Shown piece by piece: positions 22,688-32,509 of a stretch of DNA of 64,000 nt. Source of the stretch: Candidatus Intricatilinea gracilis (lineage in GTDB: Bacteria > Pseudomonadota > Gammaproteobacteria > Burkholderiales > Burkholderiaceae_C); assembly GCA_016702605.1 (NCBI GenBank), contig JADJDQ010000007.1, positions 112,293-176,292 on the forward strand. Reading direction: 5' to 3'. Both the position numbers and the translations under genes were made by a program. Every line of letters begins with the position of its first letter. Within the stretch, counting starts at the first letter, position 1. The notes under the pieces were generated by a model that saw only the letters and a program-made list of their open reading frames with translations, searched no databases and was not told the origin of the DNA.

Positions 22688-23419
22688 ATGATGTCCACGA
22701 ACACGAACTTTTCCGCTCGTCGCCGCCCCCGCGCCGGCCTGGCCCTGTTGGCTGCGCTGGCGCTGACGGCACTTGCCGGGCTGGGTGGCTGCGCCACCGA
22801 GTCGTCGCGCACCATCACCGTGGCCAAGGTCGAGGCGGCCGCCACGCCCTATACCGGCGTGCGCCTGCCGATGTCGGTGGGCAAGTTCGACAACCGCTCC
22901 AGCTTTGCCCGCGGCATCTTCTCGGACGGCGTCGATCGCCTGGGATCACAAGCCAAGACCACACTGCTCGCCCACCTGCAGCAGTCGCAGCGCTTTGCCG
23001 TGCTCGACCGCGACAACCTGCAGGAGGCCGCACAGGAGGCCAAGCTGCAGGCCCGCACGCAGAAGATCCGCGGCGCCGATTTCGTCGTCACCGGCGACAT
23101 CTCGGAGTTCGGCCGCAAGGATGTGGGCGACCAGCAGCTGTTCGGCATCCTGGGCCGCGGCAAGACGCAGATCGCCTATGCCAAGGTCACACTCAACATC
23201 GTCGACGCGGTGACGTCCGAGATCGTCTACTCGGCACGTGGTGCGGGTGAATACGAGTTGTCCAACCGCGAGGTCATCGGCTTCGGTGGCACGGCGGGCT
23301 ACGACGCCACACTCAACGGCAAGGTGCTCGACCTGGCCATCCGCGAGGCGGTCAACAACCTGGTCGCCGGTCTGGACGGTGGCCAGTGGGGCGCCGGGGC
23401 CGAGGGCGCCAAGCCGTGA
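22688..23419 (+). CDS. CsgG/HfaB-family lipoprotein (curli-type secretion channel homologue)
   Basis: Lipobox LAGLGGC, then ...VGKFDNRS...LLAHLQQSQRFAVLDRDNLQE...ADFVVTGDISEFG...AKVTLNIVD..., the CsgG-like fold signature. Confidence 0.8.
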   Translation: MMSTNTNFSARRRPRAGLALLAALALTALAGLGGCATESSRTITVAKVEAAATPYTGVRLPMSVGKFDNRSSFARGIFSDGVDRLGSQAKTTLLAHLQQSQRFAVLDRDNLQEAAQEAKLQARTQKIRGADFVVTGDISEFGRKDVGDQQLFGILGRGKTQIAYAKVTLNIVDAVTSEIVYSARGAGEYELSNREVIGFGGTAGYDATLNGKVLDLAIREAVNNLVAGLDGGQWGAGAEGAKP

Positions 23420-23799
23420 GGGCTGGTGTGAGCCCGTGGCGTCGGTCTGCCACCTGGTTGCTGGGTGCTGCCGTGGTGGCACCCCTCGCTGCCTGTGTGC
23501 AGGCGCCCAAACCGCTGTACCACTGGGAGGGTTACCAGCGCGGCGTCTACGAGTTCCTGAAAGGTGACGGCATCGGCGCCGACGAGCAACTGACCCAGAT
23601 GCTGGCGCAGGCCGACAAGGCGCGCGGACGTGATGCCGCGCTGCCGCCGGGTTTTCGTGCCCACCTGGGCCTGCTGCAGCTGCAATCCGGCCGGGTCGAC
23701 GAGGCGCGCGACAGCTTCATCGCCGAAAAGACGGCGTTTCCCGAGGCCAGTCACTACATGGACTTCCTGCTCGCCAAGATGGGGGCCGGCAAGTCATGA
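23416..23799 (+). CDS. DUF4810 family lipoprotein
   Basis: The GTG start overlaps the csgG-like stop (GTGA). Lipobox PLAAC, then LYHWEGYQRGVYEFLKGD...HLGLLQLQSGRVDEAR..F..EK..FPE, a TPR-like small lipoprotein that accompanies CsgG-like/DUF799 genes. Confidence 0.7.
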   Translation: MRAGVSPWRRSATWLLGAAVVAPLAACVQAPKPLYHWEGYQRGVYEFLKGDGIGADEQLTQMLAQADKARGRDAALPPGFRAHLGLLQLQSGRVDEARDSFIAEKTAFPEASHYMDFLLAKMGAGKS

Positions 23800-24491
23800 C
23801 ACTGCACCGTTTGCTTCAACAGTGGCTGCCCGCGGGCCGGTCACGGCGGGTGATGGTGGGCGCCCTGGGTCTGGTGCTGCTGCTCGGCGGTTGTGCCTCC
23901 CCGCCACCGGCGTATGACTACTCGGCGTTTCGCGTCAGCAAGCCGGCCTCGCTGCTGGTGCTTGCGCCTTTGAACGACACGCCGGACATCAAGGCCACGC
24001 CGGGTGTGCTGGCCACCGCCACGTTGCCGTTGGCCGAAGCGGGTTATTACGTGCTGCCGGTGACGCTGGTGGACGAAACCTTCCGCCAGAACGGCCTGAC
24101 CACGCCGAACGACATCCACGAGGTGTCGATCGCCAAGCTGCGCGAGATCTTCGGCGCTGACGCTGCGGTCTACCTGCGGGTGCGTCAGTACGGTACGAGC
24201 TACCGCGTGCTGGGCAGCGAAACCCGCGTGACGGTGGACGCCCGCATCGTCGACCTGCGCAGCGGCCAGATGGTGTGGGCCGGCAGCGCCACCGCCTCGT
24301 CGCAGGAAAACCAGAACAACAACCAGGGCGTGCTCGGCCTGCTGGTGACGGCGCTGGTGCATCAGGTGATCGGCAACCTGTCGGACGCCAGCTTCGACTA
24401 CGCCGCCATTGCCAACCAGCGCCTGCTCGGCAGCCCGCGCGCCAACGGCGTGCTGGCCGGGCCACGTTCGCCGCGTTACGGGCAGGACTGA
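23796..24491 (+). CDS. DUF799 (GNA1162-like) lipoprotein
   Basis: The ATG overlaps the upstream stop (ATGA). Lipobox LLLGGC, then ...SLLVLAPLNDTPDIKA...GYYVLPVTLVDETFRQNGL...AAVYLRV..Y. Confidence 0.75.
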   Translation: MTLHRLLQQWLPAGRSRRVMVGALGLVLLLGGCASPPPAYDYSAFRVSKPASLLVLAPLNDTPDIKATPGVLATATLPLAEAGYYVLPVTLVDETFRQNGLTTPNDIHEVSIAKLREIFGADAAVYLRVRQYGTSYRVLGSETRVTVDARIVDLRSGQMVWAGSATASSQENQNNNQGVLGLLVTALVHQVIGNLSDASFDYAAIANQRLLGSPRANGVLAGPRSPRYGQD

Positions 24492-24495
24492 AGGG

Positions 24496-26916
24496 TCACG
24501 GCCGCGGCTTGCGCCGCGCTGGCACGTTGCCGGACGCCCGTGGCGGCAGGCCGGTGTGCTGGGTCAGGAGCTGGCCCGGCCGCGGGGAGCCGGGGGTGCC
24601 GCGATCCGCGCTTGAACCCGTGCGGTTGACCGCTGCCTTTGCGCCCGGAACCCCTGCTGCCGGCGCCTTTGTGCCGGGTGGCCGCGTCGAATTGCTGCGT
24701 TTGGCGCTCTGGTAGCCGCCGTCGGTCATCGGCTGCCAGGTCGGGATGAGGTGATGTTTGCCGTTGCCGATCAGGTCGCTGCGGCCCATGGCCTTGAGTG
24801 CGTCGCGCAGCAGCGGCCAGTTGTTGGCGTCGTGGTAACGCAGGAAGGCCTTGTGCAGGCGCCGGCGCTTCTCGCCACGCACGATGTCGACCTTCTCGGC
24901 CCGGCTCTCGTCGCGGCTGACGCCCCTGAGCGGATTCATGCCCGAGTGGTACATGGCCGTCGCTGTCGCCATCGGGCTGGGGTAGAAGGTCTGCACCTGG
25001 TCGGCGCGAAAGCCATTGCTCTTGAGCCAGATCGCCAGGTTCATCATGTCCTCGTCGCTGGTGCCCGGATGGGCGGCGATGAAGTAGGGGATGAGGAACT
25101 GCTTCTTGCCCGCCTCGGCACTGAACTTGTCGAACAGCTGCTTGAAGCGGTCGTAGGTGCCGATGCCCGGCTTCATCATCTTGGACAGCGGCCCGCCCTC
25201 GGTGTGCTCGGGCGCGATCTTGAGGTAGCCGCCCACGTGGTGCGTCACCAGCTCCTTGATGTATTCGGGTGACTGCACCGCCAGGTCGTAACGCAGGCCC
25301 GAGCCGATGAGGATCTTCTTGACGCCGGTGAGTGCCCGCGCGCGCCGGTACATCTTGATGAGCGGGCCGTGGTCGGTGTTGAGGTTGGGGCAGATGCCGG
25401 GGTAGACGCAGCTGGGCTTGCGGCAGGCGGCCTCGATCTCGCGGCTCTTGCAGCCGATGCGGTACATGTTGGCCGTGGGGCCGCCCAGGTCGCTGATGAC
25501 GCCGGTGAAACCTTTCACCTTGTCGCGGATGGCTTCGATCTCCTGGATGACCGAGTCCTCCGAGCGGCTCTGGATGATGCGGCCCTCGTGTTCGGTGATC
25601 GAGCAGAAGGTGCAGCCACCGAAGCAGCCCCGCATGATGTTGACGCTGAAACGAATCATCTCCCACGCGGGAATCTTGGTCTCGCCGTCGTGGCTGCCGC
25701 TGGCATCGGCATAACTCGGGTGCGGGCTGCGTGCATAGGGCAGGTCGAACACATGGTCCATTTCGCTGGTGGCGAGCGGGATGGGCGGCGGGTTGATCCA
25801 GACGTCGCGCGCCGTGGCGCCATCGCCGTGGCGCTGCACCAGTGCCCGCGCGTTGCCGGGATTGGTCTCGAGGTGCAGCACACGGCTGGCGTGGGCGTAG
25901 AGCACCGGGTCGGACTTGACCTGTTCGTAACTCGGCAGACGGATCACCGAGCGCTCGCGCGGTGGCAGCTTGACGCGGCCGCTAGCCTTGAGCGAAGGCA
26001 CGAAGGTGATGGGTTTGATCTCGATGCCTGCCGGCTCAGCGGCTGAGCCTGCGGCTGCCACGCCATCGCCCGCCGAGGCATCGTCCTTCGAACAGGTCGC
26101 GCCTTGCGAGGCGGCCGCCTCGGCCGTCGTCAGATAGGGGTTGATGTGCTCGTCGATGCGCCCGGGCAGGTCAACCTCGGACGAGTCGATCTCGAACCAG
26201 CCCTGCGCGTCCGGGTCGTCCGAGCGGCGCACGAAGGCTGTGCCGCGCACATCGGTGATGCGCCGCACCGGCTCGCCGGCGGCCAGGCGATGCGCGATCT
26301 CGATGATGGCGCGTTCGGCATTGCCGTACAGCAGCAGGTCGCACTTGGCGTCGACCACCATCGAGCGGCGCACCTTGTCCTGCCAGTAGTCGTAGTGGGC
26401 GATGCGGCGCAGCGATGCCTCGATGCCGCCCATCACGATGGGCACCTCGGGAAACGCTTCCTTGCAGCGCTGTGCGTACACCAGCGCGGCACGGTCCGGC
26501 CGTTTGCCGCCCACGTTGCCGGGTGTGTAGGCGTCGTCGCTGCGGATCTTGCGATCAGCCGTGTAGCGGTTGATCATCGAATCCATGTTGCCGGCCGTCA
26601 CGCCCCAGAACAGGTTCGGTGCGCCCAGCGCCTTGAAGGGTTCGGCGCTCTGCCAGTCCGGCTGGGCAATGATGCCGACCCTAAACCCCTGCGCTTCGAG
26701 CGTGCGTCCGATCACCGCCATGCCGAAGCTGGGGTGATCCACATAGGCGTCGCCCGTCACCACGATGATGTCGCAGCTGTCCCAGCCGAGCTGGTCCATC
26801 TCGGATCGGCTCATGGGCAGGAAAGGCGCCGGCCCGAACCGTTTGGCCCAGAACGGGCGATAGGCGGTCAGCGCCTTGACGGGGCGAGGCGGGGCAATCA
26901 CGGCAGTGGAAGACAT
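24496..26916 (-). CDS. ygiQ: YgiQ family radical SAM protein (UPF0313)
   Basis: From ATG 26914-26916: [10 protein letters not shown]...[40 protein letters not shown]...[19 protein letters not shown] (radical SAM Cys cluster). It has a basic Pro/Arg/Lys-rich C-terminal tail. Confidence 0.9.
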   Translation of the reverse strand: MSSTAVIAPPRPVKALTAYRPFWAKRFGPAPFLPMSRSEMDQLGWDSCDIIVVTGDAYVDHPSFGMAVIGRTLEAQGFRVGIIAQPDWQSAEPFKALGAPNLFWGVTAGNMDSMINRYTADRKIRSDDAYTPGNVGGKRPDRAALVYAQRCKEAFPEVPIVMGGIEASLRRIAHYDYWQDKVRRSMVVDAKCDLLLYGNAERAIIEIAHRLAAGEPVRRITDVRGTAFVRRSDDPDAQGWFEIDSSEVDLPGRIDEHINPYLTTAEAAASQGATCSKDDASAGDGVAAAGSAAEPAGIEIKPITFVPSLKASGRVKLPPRERSVIRLPSYEQVKSDPVLYAHASRVLHLETNPGNARALVQRHGDGATARDVWINPPPIPLATSEMDHVFDLPYARSPHPSYADASGSHDGETKIPAWEMIRFSVNIMRGCFGGCTFCSITEHEGRIIQSRSEDSVIQEIEAIRDKVKGFTGVISDLGGPTANMYRIGCKSREIEAACRKPSCVYPGICPNLNTDHGPLIKMYRRARALTGVKKILIGSGLRYDLAVQSPEYIKELVTHHVGGYLKIAPEHTEGGPLSKMMKPGIGTYDRFKQLFDKFSAEAGKKQFLIPYFIAAHPGTSDEDMMNLAIWLKSNGFRADQVQTFYPSPMATATAMYHSGMNPLRGVSRDESRAEKVDIVRGEKRRRLHKAFLRYHDANNWPLLRDALKAMGRSDLIGNGKHHLIPTWQPMTDGGYQSAKRSNSTRPPGTKAPAAGVPGAKAAVNRTGSSADRGTPGSPRPGQLLTQHTGLPPRASGNVPARRKPRP

Positions 26917-27118
26917 CGGGTGGGGGCGCTGAAAGCGTCTGAGAGAAGCGCGGCGCCAGGGACGGGTGGCGTCGCGGCGTAGAAAGAAGCTGGCGCGCGG
27001 TGCGGGTGACACGTGCGACGCAGGGCGGGCATTGTCCCAGCAGTGGTCGATCGGGGCGGGTGGCGGGCTTTGTCCCGGTCGGCTCGAGGCTCTGAGCGCA
27101 GCCTGCCCGAGGCTGGCG

Positions 27119-27520
27119 TCACAGCAGCAGCTTGGCGCCCTGCAGCGCCGAGGCCGCCTTGTCGAAGGTCCAGAGTGGCTGTCGACCCGCCTGCCAGGCC
27201 AGCGCAGCATGGATGCAGTCCGAGAAGTCAGCGCTCGAATTCTCGAACTCGCTCAGCGCCCACTCCAGCGCGCCTTCGGCCTCGAATTCGAGTTCCAGCG
27301 TCTGCAGCAGTGCCGCAAAGGTCTGCAGCAGGGCCGGCTTGCCCAGCTTGAAGCGCGATCGCAGCACCCACTCGAGTTCGAGCGCCACCGACACCGGCAC
27401 GTGCAGCGCTTCGCCCGTGTCCTTGGCTTGCTGGATCAGCCGGGTCGCGGCGGCCGACTGCATGGGGTCGTCCTGCAGCAGGAAGCGCAGGATGACGTTC
27501 GTGTCGAGTGCCGCTGCCAT
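27119..27520 (-). CDS. PIN-domain toxin (VapC family)
   Basis: [15 protein letters not shown]...ALELEWVL...[10 protein letters not shown]...TFDK, the four PIN acidic positions in order. It lies 31 nt downstream of an AbrB-type antitoxin gene. Confidence 0.85.
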   Translation of the reverse strand: MAAALDTNVILRFLLQDDPMQSAAATRLIQQAKDTGEALHVPVSVALELEWVLRSRFKLGKPALLQTFAALLQTLELEFEAEGALEWALSEFENSSADFSDCIHAALAWQAGRQPLWTFDKAASALQGAKLLL

Positions 27521-27551
27521 CAGGCTTTCCGTCGTCGTCCGGGCCCGCGCT

Positions 27552-27773
27552 TCAGCGCCAGGCGTTCATGTCTTCGACGGGCACCACCTTGCCGTCGGGC
27601 GAGCTCAGGGTGCCGGCCAGATCGAGCAAGGACTTCGTCTTGGCGCGCACGAGCAAGGAGCCGTTGGGCATGACGTGCCACACCAGCCGGGTGCCCGGTC
27701 CGGCGCCGATCTGATCGCGCACCTGGCGCGGCACGGTGGTCTGGCCCTTGGCGGTGATGGTGGATTCGGTCAT
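27552..27773 (-). CDS. AbrB/MazE/SpoVT-family antitoxin (PrlF-like)
   Basis: From ATG 27773 behind AAGGAGA: MTESTITAKGQTTVPRQVRDQIGAGPGTRLVW..., the SpoVT/AbrB motif (GQTTIP.VR). 73 aa. Confidence 0.8.
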   Translation of the reverse strand: MTESTITAKGQTTVPRQVRDQIGAGPGTRLVWHVMPNGSLLVRAKTKSLLDLAGTLSSPDGKVVPVEDMNAWR

Positions 27774-27918
27774 GGTGGTCTCCTTACCTTTCGTCGAATC
27801 GTAAGGCGCGGCGTCGATCTGGACAAGCCCCTGCTCGTCGCCCCAGCCGCACCCCACGGCCCAACGGCTACAGTCCAGCGCCGCGCCCATCCGGATGCCA
27901 TCACTCTTTGCCACTGCC

Positions 27919-28791
27919 ATGCTCGCCTACCGTCACGCCTTTCACGCCGGCAACCATGCCGATGTGCTCAAGCACCTGGTCCTCATCCAGGTGCTCAAGT
28001 ACATGACGAGCAAGGACAAGCCGCTGCGTGTCATCGACACCCACGCGGGTGCCGGCGGCTACCTGCTGGCCTCACCCGAAGCGACCAAGAAGGGTGAATA
28101 CCTGCAGGGCGTGAAACGGGTGTGGGATGCGCCCGCCGCCAAGCTGCCGCCAGCGGTCATCGACTACCTCAAGCACGTACGCGCCAGCAACCCGGTGACG
28201 CCGGGCGAAGAAAACCCGACGCACCACCTGGCGCATTACCCCGGCTCGCCGCAGATCGAGCGGCGCCTGCTGCGCGCGCACGACGAACTGCGCCTGTACG
28301 AGCTGCACCCCACCGACCACCGCCTGCTTGCCCAGCAGGTCGAGGACGACAAGCAGGTCATCCTCTACAAGTCCGACGGTTTCGAGAGCCTGCGCAGCCA
28401 GCTGCCGCCGCCGAGCCGGCGCGCCCTGGTGCTGATGGACCCGTCGTACGAGATCGTGAGTGACTACGCCAAGGTCGTCGGCGCCCTGCGCGAAGGGCTC
28501 GAACGCATGGCGACCACCGTCTTCATCGTCTGGTACCCGCAGGTCAGCCGCCGCGAAGCCGCCGAACTGCCGCGCCGCCTCAAGGCTTTGTCACCCAAGG
28601 GCTGGCTCAACGTGCGCCTGACGGTGCAGCAGCCCGACACCCAGGGCTTCGGCCTGGTCGGCAGCGGCTGTTTCATCATCAACCCGCCGTACACCCTGGC
28701 CCCGGCGCTGCGCGCCGCCATGCCCTGGCTGACCAGCACGCTGGCGCAATACGACGGCGCCAGCCATGCGGTGGAAGAGCGGCCGAGCTGA
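27919..28791 (+). CDS. rlmJ: 23S rRNA (adenine2030-N6)-methyltransferase RlmJ
   Basis: MLAYRHAFHAGNHADVLKHLVL...IDTHAGAGGY...LMDPSYE...VWYP matches the RlmJ (YhiR) signature. Confidence 0.88.
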   Translation: MLAYRHAFHAGNHADVLKHLVLIQVLKYMTSKDKPLRVIDTHAGAGGYLLASPEATKKGEYLQGVKRVWDAPAAKLPPAVIDYLKHVRASNPVTPGEENPTHHLAHYPGSPQIERRLLRAHDELRLYELHPTDHRLLAQQVEDDKQVILYKSDGFESLRSQLPPPSRRALVLMDPSYEIVSDYAKVVGALREGLERMATTVFIVWYPQVSRREAAELPRRLKALSPKGWLNVRLTVQQPDTQGFGLVGSGCFIINPPYTLAPALRAAMPWLTSTLAQYDGASHAVEERPS

Positions 28792-28808
28792 GGCTGGCCG
28801 CTGCGGGC

Positions 28809-30086
28809 TCACGCCAGATCCAGCGCCTCGTCCAGCACCTCGACCCAGTGTTTCACCGGCGTCGGGGTGCCGGTCTGCAGGTGCTGGATACAGCCGATGT
28901 TGCCCGAGACGATGACGTCGGCCTGGATGGGGGCCAGCACGCCGAGCTTGCGGTCGCGCAGCTGGTACGAGATTTCGGGCTGCAGCACCGAGTAGGTGCC
29001 GGCCGAGCCGCAGCACAAGTGGCTGTCGCTGCCGGCGATCTCGATCTCGAAGCCGAGTTCGCGCAGGGCAGCCTCGACGCCGCCGCGCAGCTGTTGGCCG
29101 TGTTGCAGCGTGCAGGGCGGGTGATAGGCCAGGCGCGGGCGTCGGGCGGCGTGTTTGCCGGCGCCGTCGAGGCGGGCCTTCAGCTGCGGCAGCAGGCTGG
29201 GCAGCAGCTCGGAGATGTCCTTCGACAACTCGCTGATGCGTTTGGCCTTGTCGGCATAGGCCGGGTCGTGCGCCAGCGCGTGGCCGTAGTCCTTGACCAT
29301 CACGCCGCAGCCCGAGGCGTTGAAGACGATGGCTTCCACCTTGGCCTGGCCCCCCAGGCCGGCCACCTGCGGCCACCAGGCGTCGATGTTCTGGCGCATG
29401 TGGGCCTGGGCGCCGAGGTGGTCACTCAGGTGTTCACGCAGCGCCCCGCAGCAGCCGGCCGATTCGGCCACCAGGGTCTGCACACCGGCGGCGTCGAGCA
29501 CACGTGCGGTGGCGCTGTTGATGTTGGGCGCCAGGCTGGGTTGCACACAGCCCATCAGCATCAGCACCTTGCGCGCGTGGGTGCGGCGTGGCCACAGGCG
29601 GGCACGTTGGGCCGAGGCCCCACCGGCTGCGGCCGGCACCTTGTTGCGCAGGGCGGCGGGCAGCAAGCCGCGCACCGCCTGGCCCAGCTTGATTGCGGGC
29701 GAGAAGGCGCTCGAGGTGAGGCCTTCCTTGAGTGTCCAGCGCACCGTGCGTTCGGCTGCCGGGCGCTCGACCTTGGCGTCCACCACGCGCCGGCCGATGT
29801 CGATCAGGTGGCCGTATTGCACACCCGACGGGCAGGTCGATTCACAGTTGCGACAGGTCAGGCAGCGGTCGAGGTGCAACTGGGTCGAACGTGTGGGCTT
29901 GGCGCCTTCCATCACCTGCTTGATGAGGTAGATGCGGCCCCGCGGGCCGTCGAGCTCGTCGCCCAGCAGCTGGTAGGTCGGACAGGTGGCGGTACAGAAG
30001 CCGCAGTGCACACACTTGCGCAGGATGGCTTCGGCCTCCTGGCCATCGCGGGTGCCCTGGTATTCGGGCGCGAGCTTGGTTTGCAT
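28809..30086 (-). CDS. glcF: glycolate oxidase iron-sulfur subunit GlcF
   Basis: Two 4Fe-4S ferredoxin motifs (CVHCGFCTATCP, CLTCRNCESTCP) followed by CCG domains (CCGALRE, CCGSAGTY). Confidence 0.92.
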   Translation of the reverse strand: MQTKLAPEYQGTRDGQEAEAILRKCVHCGFCTATCPTYQLLGDELDGPRGRIYLIKQVMEGAKPTRSTQLHLDRCLTCRNCESTCPSGVQYGHLIDIGRRVVDAKVERPAAERTVRWTLKEGLTSSAFSPAIKLGQAVRGLLPAALRNKVPAAAGGASAQRARLWPRRTHARKVLMLMGCVQPSLAPNINSATARVLDAAGVQTLVAESAGCCGALREHLSDHLGAQAHMRQNIDAWWPQVAGLGGQAKVEAIVFNASGCGVMVKDYGHALAHDPAYADKAKRISELSKDISELLPSLLPQLKARLDGAGKHAARRPRLAYHPPCTLQHGQQLRGGVEAALRELGFEIEIAGSDSHLCCGSAGTYSVLQPEISYQLRDRKLGVLAPIQADVIVSGNIGCIQHLQTGTPTPVKHWVEVLDEALDLA

Positions 30087-30129
30087 GGGGCTGGTCTCGT
30101 CGTGTTGTCGATGTAGATGGTCGAAGGAT

Positions 30130-30843
30130 TCAGATCAGCCAGGCCAGCAGCGGCAGCAGCAGCGCAGCCAGCACCACCTGCACACCCAGCGCCAGGCCGG
30201 CGTAGGCGCCCGCACCCGGGTGCACGTGCATGGCGCGTGCTGCGCCGATGCCGTGTGAAGCGGTGCCCAGCGCAAAGCCGCGCACCTCGGGCGAGGTGAC
30301 ACGCAGCGCATCGAACAGGTACTTGGCACTCACGGCGCCCACCAGGCCGGTGAGCACGGCAAACACCGCCGCCAGCGCCGGGATGCCGCCGAGTTGTTCG
30401 GCAATGCCCATGGCCACCGGCGCGGTCACCGACTTGGGGGCGAGTGAGCGCAGCACCGGCCCGGGCAAGCCGAGCAGCCAGCCGATCGCCACCGCACTGC
30501 CGCCCGCCGCAGCGCCGCCGGCCAGGGCCGCCCCGGTGATGGCCAACGCGCGCCGCCTGATCTCGCCGCGGCGTTGCCAGAGTGGCCAGGCCAGCGCCAC
30601 CACGGCCGGCCCGAGCAGGAAGTGGATGAACTGTGCGCCCGAGAAGTAGGTCGGGTAGGGTGTGCCACTCATCGTCAGCAGCAGCGCCAGCAGGGCCACG
30701 GTCCAGAGCACCGGGTTGGCCCAGGGGGCGTGATGGCAACGGGCGTAGAACGCCTGGGCGATCAGGTAGGCGACGAGGGTGGCAGTCAACCCGAACAGCG
30801 GTGTGGCCGACAGGTACACCCAGAGCTCGACGAAGTTCTGCAT
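30130..30843 (-). CDS. lrgB: LrgB family membrane protein
   Basis: 237 aa, polytopic. The motifs SLAPKSVTAPVAMGIAEQLGG and GTASHGIGAARA are typical of LrgB/CidB. Confidence 0.85.
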   Translation of the reverse strand: MQNFVELWVYLSATPLFGLTATLVAYLIAQAFYARCHHAPWANPVLWTVALLALLLTMSGTPYPTYFSGAQFIHFLLGPAVVALAWPLWQRRGEIRRRALAITGAALAGGAAAGGSAVAIGWLLGLPGPVLRSLAPKSVTAPVAMGIAEQLGGIPALAAVFAVLTGLVGAVSAKYLFDALRVTSPEVRGFALGTASHGIGAARAMHVHPGAGAYAGLALGVQVVLAALLLPLLAWLI

Positions 30844-30846
30844 GGC

Positions 30847-31242
30847 TCAGGCCGCCTCACCGGGGGGAGTGGTCTGTGCAGTCGGCGCAGTCGGTGTGGC
30901 CTGCCCACGCGGCAGCAGGGCGCGAAACACCAGCGCCGCAACGATCAGCCCGATCCAGGTGGACAACACCAGCGCCAGGCTGATACGCAGGCCGTGTTGC
31001 GCGAGCAGGCCCAGGTGAGTCATCACACCCACACCCACCGGCACGAACAGCAGCGACAGATGCGCCAGCAGAAGATCGGCCGCCGCCCCCACCGAGGCGC
31101 GGATGGGCTCGACACGCAGCGCCACCAGCATGATCAGCAGGCCCAGCACCGGGCCCGGCAGGCCCAGATGCGCCAGGCGCGCCAATGCCTCGCCGATCGA
31201 CTGTGCGACCAGCAGCCAGGTCAGGCCCTTGAGTGCGTCCAT
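30847..31242 (-). CDS. lrgA: CidA/LrgA family membrane protein
   Basis: 131 aa with four hydrophobic helices (LPGPVLGLLIMLV..., LLFVPVGVGVM). It ends 3 nt before lrgB. Confidence 0.85.
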   Translation of the reverse strand: MDALKGLTWLLVAQSIGEALARLAHLGLPGPVLGLLIMLVALRVEPIRASVGAAADLLLAHLSLLFVPVGVGVMTHLGLLAQHGLRISLALVLSTWIGLIVAALVFRALLPRGQATPTAPTAQTTPPGEAA

Positions 31243-31254
31243 GGGGTGGGCTGC

Positions 31255-32415
31255 TCACAACCCAGGGTGCACCTTGGGTGAATACAGCCGCCCTGGGTTG
31301 AAGATGCCGTCCGGGTCGAACGACTGCTTCAGGCCCTGGTGGATGCGCGCGATGGGTGATGTGAGCGGCGCAAACACGCCGGCCGACTTGTCGCGGCTAT
31401 CGAACAGCGTGGCGTGGCCGCCCAGTGCGGCGGCGGCGGCGCGTAGTGCGGCGGCCGGCTGTCGGCTCACCAGCCAGCGCTGGGCGCCGCCCCATTCGAT
31501 GAGCTGGTCGCCCGGGCGTTCACCCGGCAGGCTGAGCGGCGTGGCTGTCTGCGGCAGGCCCAGACGCCAGAGCGTGGCGCCATCTGCCACGGCGGCTCGC
31601 GCGCGCACGAAGTAGTCGTCGTGCTGATCACGCAGGCCGCGCCAGAAGCTGGCGGCGCTGGCCTCGTCGACCACACTGCCGCCCAGGCGGATGCGTGCGG
31701 CCTGCACCGCGGCCACGGCGCCACTCAGGCGCAGCAGCAGGTTGCCGTCCCACCAGGCGCTGGCGACGATGGGCAGCGGCTGGCCGCCCCAGCGGTTGAG
31801 GGCGCCGAGTGCATCGGCCTGGCCCATCTCGAAGCGCAGCGTGGCCGTGGCCGGCGCGATCGGCAGCACCTTGAGTGACACCTCGAGGATGACACCCAGC
31901 GTGCCGAGTGAGCCAGCCAGCAGGCGCGACACGTCGTAGCCCGCCACGTTCTTCATCACCTGGCCACCAAAACTCAGCACCTCGGCCTTGCCGTTGAGGA
32001 TGGTGACGCCCAGCACGTAGTCGCGCACCGAGCCCACCGCGGCGCGGCTCGGCCCGGCCAGGCCGGCAGCCACCATGCCACCCACCGTGGCGGCCGAGGC
32101 GAGCGGGCCGTCGACGTTGCTGCCGAAATGTGGCGGCTCGAACGGCAGGCACTGGCCCTGCTCGGCCAGCAAGGCTTCGAGCGTGGCGAGCGACGTGCCG
32201 CAGCGTGCACTCACCACCAGCTCGGTTGGTTCGTAGGTGGAGACACCGGCCAGCGCGCGGGTGTCGAGCAGTTCACCGGCCTCGGCTTCGCCGTAGAAGG
32301 CCTTGCTGCCGCCGCCGCGCACATTGAGCTTGCCCTTGCTGGCGCGGGCACCTTGCACACGGTCGATCAGCGCCAGCAGCGCCGTGTCGGTGGGGGGGAT
32401 GGTCGTGGTCGTCAT
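31255..32415 (-). CDS. glcE: glycolate oxidase FAD-binding subunit GlcE
   Basis: FAD-binding PCMH-type domain (LNVRGGGSKAFYG, VSARCGTSLATLEALLAEQGQCLPFEPP, GPSRAAVGSVRDYVLG). The start at ATG 32415 (MTTTTIPP) is preferred over 32499. Confidence 0.85.
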   Translation of the reverse strand: MTTTTIPPTDTALLALIDRVQGARASKGKLNVRGGGSKAFYGEAEAGELLDTRALAGVSTYEPTELVVSARCGTSLATLEALLAEQGQCLPFEPPHFGSNVDGPLASAATVGGMVAAGLAGPSRAAVGSVRDYVLGVTILNGKAEVLSFGGQVMKNVAGYDVSRLLAGSLGTLGVILEVSLKVLPIAPATATLRFEMGQADALGALNRWGGQPLPIVASAWWDGNLLLRLSGAVAAVQAARIRLGGSVVDEASAASFWRGLRDQHDDYFVRARAAVADGATLWRLGLPQTATPLSLPGERPGDQLIEWGGAQRWLVSRQPAAALRAAAAALGGHATLFDSRDKSAGVFAPLTSPIARIHQGLKQSFDPDGIFNPGRLYSPKVHPGL

Positions 32416-32509
32416 ACGCGTCTCGTCAGAAGCTGTGAATGAGCCGGTGGCGTCCGAGCGGGCGTCGTCTGGCGGGCCGAGCTGGCGTGGAAGGGTCACT
32501 CACGGCGTG

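Noticed and set aside
26917-27210. Upstream extension of the ygiQ ORF (track start 27210). Similar extensions exist for trhO (3988), pirin (11175), ccp (7576), the SDR (21190), the OMF (62676) and others
   Set aside because: The extensions are Arg/Pro-rich, lack homology and sometimes overlap neighbouring genes. Internal ATG/GTG codons coincide with the conserved family N-termini and, in several cases, with an RBS.
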